A stretch of 63,726 nucleotides of DNA, the filler included, from Collodictyon triciliatum (taxonomy: Eukaryota): assembly GCA_043381765.1 (NCBI GenBank). It is 9 parts of 9 records of this genome, joined end to end, with 100 filler letters (N's around TTAATTAATTAA, not from the genome) between each part and the next. Parts side by side here need not be neighbours in the genome. Positions count along the whole stretch, not along the records: positions 53,145 to 60,634 come from JBHJMP010003874.1; positions 60,735 to 63,726 come from JBHJMP010004009.1; 7 more parts are not named here. The stretch is one strand, 5' to 3'. A program made the position numbers and the translations under genes. This document shows positions 58,982 to 63,726 of the stretch, in pieces (within the stretch, counting starts at the first letter, position 1; the number at the start of each line of letters is the position of its first letter). The notes under the pieces were generated by a model. The model did no database searches. It was not told the origin of the DNA and worked only from the letters and a program-made list of their open reading frames with translations.

Positions 58982-59490
58982 GTCGGGTGTATGTCACCTG
59001 GCAGAGGAGCTTCTTTTTGGAATGCACATGTCGATAAAGAAGAAGAAAAGAGGATTCCAAACTTACCTCTTCCCGTGCCCTGCTTCGTCAGAATTAGGCA
59101 TGTACAGACGAACAAAACACAAATAAAGAGCCGTTTGATTTGTTAGAATATCAATAAGAGGAGAGAAAGAAAGGAGAAAGAAATAAAATAAACACAGCAA
59201 AAAATGCGTCGTGGGGAGTGTGTGGTGTAATGCAGTGGATGATGTTCATATGAAAAAAGAGCATTTCAAGACGTAAATATAGTAGCTCGATTGTATATAT
59301 TCTTTTATTAAGACCGGTTTTGCCCGTTAATGGGTGTGTGAGATAGGACTTTGTGGCCGCTTAAAATATCTGTCGGTTTAGGGTTTGTTAAATAGATATG
59401 AATTTTTAATTACAAAGTTTGTACATCGGTGGGAAAAGGTATAGCAAGGAAATAAAATTTGGGAATAATGGATAATGAATATCGAAATGT

Positions 59491-59597
<107 letters not shown>

Positions 59598-59641
59598 GCA
59601 TTTATCTACTTAGGTCTGTGAGTATTTGGGAAAGATTACGT

Positions 59642-60518
59642 TTAGTCGTCATCACTGTCTTCTTTCGTGTGGCGGTCGATGAACCCTCTCCTGATGGTGG
59701 TTTTTCCGCGCGGATTTTCCTTAACCTGGGTCTCAATGGCACCAATTTGACCAAGAGCATACTCTACGTCTATTTCAAGGATGAATACACCATTTTTTAG
59801 TTCTAAACGAATTCCTTATTTCCCGTTATTGCCTACATCTTTTTCTTGGGCATAATAAGTTATTTGTATGAACAAACCAATTTCGCGAGTTGATTGGCCA
59901 CCAAGTCCATCCAATCCAACAATCTGTTTAATTACTTGTCCGTTGCGATATACGAGGATGGTTGGGAGGTTGCGGTCAGGGTATCCGTGTATGCATTCCG
60001 TGCTGAAAATGTGTATTACAAACAGTTTTTTAAAATCATGAGAAAGCGTAAATGTTAAACAACAGAAAATTTTATGTGGAATTCCCTATTAATATAATGT
60101 GGTATGTCTTTTATGATGTTATTTCTACATAGATATGCGAGTTAAGGAAAACAACCTCACTATTTTCAGGAACTTTGTCGATTTGAAGCGAGAGGCAAGA
60201 GAACCCATGATGGTATTCAGTAACTTACACTCAGGGACACTGTGAAAATCAGGGGAGAAATAATTAAGTAACACTTTCAAACGATTTGGTCGTCTGAGGT
60301 TCTTTGCACATAAAAAAATATTCGGCGACAGTGAAATAAGGTATTGTTTGAGTGTTTTTAATATCGATACTTACTAGCTTTGGAATAGATGCAACACTAC
60401 CCATATATCCTCTCCAGCTTCGCTCACTTCACGTTTAAAGTCAGGCTCTGATATTTGCGTCACTTCACCAAACTTGTTTTTTTCGGCAGTCTTTTTCATT
60501 TCTTCCATTCTCTTGCGA
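59642..60518 (-). CDS. PDCL3: Phosducin-like protein PhLP2/PDCL3, last four exons (5' end missing)
   Basis: [79 protein letters not shown], acidic tail DSDDD-TAA. Not shown in the ORF track. Confidence 0.92.
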
Positions 60519-60544
60519 CTGAAGATAATAATAATTATAATAAT

Positions 60545-60634
<90 letters not shown>

Positions 60635-60734
60635 NNNNNNNNNNNNNNNNNNNNNNNNNNNNNNNNNNNNNNNNNNNNTTAATTAATTAANNNNNNNNNN
60701 NNNNNNNNNNNNNNNNNNNNNNNNNNNNNNNNNN
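60635..60734. other. Artificial contig-joining linker
   Basis: N44-TTAATTAATTAA-N44. Confidence 0.97.
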
Positions 60735-60897
60735 ACAGCATCTCTTTTTGCAGTTAACGAGGGCATCCAAAAAAAAAAAAAAAACAAAAAAAAATTTAAA
60801 AAATTACACACCCAAAAAAAAAAAAATAAAGATAAGAAATAAAAAAAAAAAAAAAAAACACTCAAACGTACTGCATGAATATTGAAATGAAAATAAA

Positions 60898-63572
60898 TCA
60901 ACCGACCTTTTCATAAATGGAGCGATGCAGCTTAGGCTCCTTATTTTGTTTATTGTTTGCCTTCTTTTCCTCATTGAAGTCTTTTGGACAATCCAGCTCG
61001 TTTCTTCTATGTGTCGTTCCTTGGTGAATACGTGCGGACCGAGGACTTCCCTTTTGCGTTTTCCAATTCACATTAGGATATATAATATATAAATCACATT
61101 TAATTTGAATATTTGAAAGAGAACTACATACACGTGTGATGTCTTCCTTTTTCATTATTTCCATCGATTTATCGAATCTGGAAGAAAAAATACATATGAA
61201 AATATTTTTATCAGGATAGAGGAAAATTGTATATGCCACAACATCAATTACAAAGGGGGCTTAGGAGTTTGCTTCGGTGTTAGATAGACTGATCTGTCAG
61301 GGGAGCTAGGAAGGCGCAGAGCTTCTGCTAAGCATATTAACATCAACTCAAGAATTTAAAATGAAATAACACACTTGAATTGGGTAAAGCGAAAAAAAAT
61401 TGAATTATGAACGAAAGAAAAGATAGAAATATTATCATTTCCCGCTCTGAGAGGTGAATTATTTTGATAAAAGTAAGTAAGAAGAAAATTGAAGATGAAA
61501 ATATAATAATAAGATATTTGTACCTGGAGAATGAAATATAGACATCACAGGCTGCTCAAGAACACTCAGATTTAGCGGTGACGGTAAATCGTGGTTCCGA
61601 GGACTTTTGGTGTTAATTGGTGGAGGCTTGGGCTTCAGTTTTTTAGCTTCTCCTTTTTTATTAGATAATTGTTAAGGAATTATTGTCTTTATTTGTTTGA
61701 TTTGTGGTTTGAGAGGCTCTATATAAGATTCAGATAAAACAAAATTGAAAGGAAGAATAAAAAAAAATAAGATTCGGATAATGTAAGAAATGTACAGTAC
61801 AAAACATGGGAATATTTGATAGGGGTGCAGATACCCGAAAACATAATTTGGAGTACGTTGTCTTTTGGCTGTTCCATGCTAACCAAATCTTTTTTTGGAT
61901 GCTTCATCTTGCCTTTTATTTCAAACCCGCATTATCAGGGTGTGTATGGCTTTGTTCATATTAAAATCGTGCGTTTGATCATATCATATTTAACCTATCA
62001 TATCCTCTATTTGGTTTAAGCTCCGATCCCAGCTAAGGGTGATTTTATCTCTGTTATCATTCAGCAAAGTGGGCATCTGTCGTGTGTCATTAATTAATTG
62101 TTTTTTCCTTTATTCGATTCAAAATGTCTTAATTGTTAATTTTCATAGTAAAAGTATTTACAAAAACAAGAAAATGATAGAAAATAGGTATTTAAGCTAA
62201 TGAATATATACTTACTCTTTCTTTTACTCCGGACACCTTTTTTGATTCTATCCTATCTATTCTTGTAAGTAAATCTTGAATCTTTTTTTTTGTGATTTAA
62301 GTGTTAAAATAAACTTTGTGTTCATTATAACCATACCATCATTTCTATTCTAAATCAGTAAGAGTCATGAGTTCTTATTTAAGTATTACTTTGAAGAAAA
62401 ATGACACCAAGAACTAGAAATACCTTATGGTTTTCTTCCCGTATACGAGGGCTAGGTGCTACGAGTTCAAAATTTTCCTCAAATACTCTCTCGGAATGAG
62501 CTATAAATAATAAGAACAAAGAGCATTATTCAAAAGTTGCATGTGTTGGAATCACATTATGAAATATATATCGAATATATGTCAGCTGGTCTGTCGAATG
62601 TTATGTGGTAACATTTCATCGAATATGAGATATTGAATATAGAATATATATGATATGGACATAGTTTCTTCATTTCCATCCCCTTAGATTTCGATTTTGA
62701 TCTGACTGTCTTGGAGGAGAAGGAATTGGATTTATATGGTTTTGATGGACGCAATTCAACTGAAGATGAACCAGAAAACCTCTGTATTGAAAAAAATGTA
62801 CGTTGATAAATAATATAAATATATTCTCAACTAGATGGAAGAATATTATTTGTACCTGAAAATATCTAGCTCCATTTGGACTTTTCGAACCTTTTTGCAT
62901 CTCTTGTATGGACGCATAAAGCTCGCTAACTTTACAACACGCAATTTGTAAAGTAATGTATTATAAAGAGACGTATAATTAGAATAAGAACAAGAACAAT
63001 ATCAATAACAATGACAATAGCTACTACAATCAAATTGACAATTATAATCGCAAAAGAAATGAACTATAAAAAAATGACAGCTTCTAAAGAGACTGTTTAC
63101 ACAAAAAGACAAGTTACGTACGACTTTCGTTTCTCGGCAGTGTGTGATACGTCATCTGAGACTGCTGAATAAATTCAAGTACATTCGATGTTTGAGGATG
63201 TGACCCGTATTATAGGTGATGCATATGTCATTTTGATGTTTCTTTTGGAATTGGAACATTTACTGGATTGCGGTCTGAGATCAACGAAGGAAACAATCGA
63301 TTTTCGTTTTCAGGAGTCAGTAGATATGAAGTGGTTATTGCCGTAGGAGTTGAACTTTGGTATATCAGAAGCAAATCATATGGACGAGATCCAAAAAAAA
63401 AAATGATTCGACGTTAGATGGCAAGAAGAAGAGAATGTCGACAAATAGAAAAACGATGGGAATGTTTTGTGTGTTTGTTTTTTCGAATAGAAGGGATAAA
63501 CTACCTTTCTGTAAGGCCACTTATTTCATTCAGGTCAATCCACTCTCCATCGGTCTCCGAGTAATCACCCAT
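60898..63572 (-). CDS. Multi-exon hypothetical low-complexity protein (S/T-P rich)
   Basis: Exon-like segments with GT/AG ends: MGDYSETDGEWIDLNEISG, AHSERVFEENFELVAPSPRIREENHK, EAKKLKPKPPPINTKSPRNHDLPSPLNL, last exon ...KLHRSIYEKVG-TGA. Full model not resolved. Confidence 0.4.
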
Positions 63573-63621
63573 GGTCTTGTAAACCGAGCAAAAAGAAAAT
63601 TACGATAGAGTGATTCCTAAT

Positions 63622-63726
63622 CTTTTCTTCTTCTTTTTTTCTTCTTTTTTTCTTCTTTTTTTCTTCTTTTTTTCTTCTTTTTTTCTTCTTTTTTTCTTCT
63701 TTTTTTCTTCTTTTTTTCTTCTTTTT
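63622..63726. repeat. (TTCTTCTTTTT)n tandem repeat at window end
   Basis: Directly visible. Confidence 0.92.

Overview
Intron-rich, microsatellite-rich eukaryotic (protist-like) nuclear DNA. The window is not one locus: it is nine contigs (the complete ones ~7.45-7.5 kb, roughly size-sorted) joined by an artificial 100-nt N44-TTAATTAATTAA-N44 linker, so gene order across linkers is meaningless. Manual splicing (GT-AG, standard code) recovers SPIN90/Ldb17 (3' end), a polyQ PNUTS/PPP1R10-like PP1 regulator, a 1372-aa ankyrin protein, a Tim17-family protein, CK2 alpha, an RBM39-like splicing factor, peroxisomal HACL1 ending in SKL, a cold-shock protein with a probable mitochondrial presequence, VAP, VPS50, NDUFA8, RPA1 and PhLP2/PDCL3. 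The most unusual element is a >2,300-aa surface protein joining a Ser-Gln stalk, a TMEM132-like cohesin/Ig ectodomain, a second cohesin, a dockerin-like module and a polycystin-1-type REJ region, almost all in one 6.8-kb exon and followed by an in-frame TAA. A second Ser-Gln-stalked protein carries a TRP-like multi-TM domain. All family calls are from motif recognition by eye; no database search was run.
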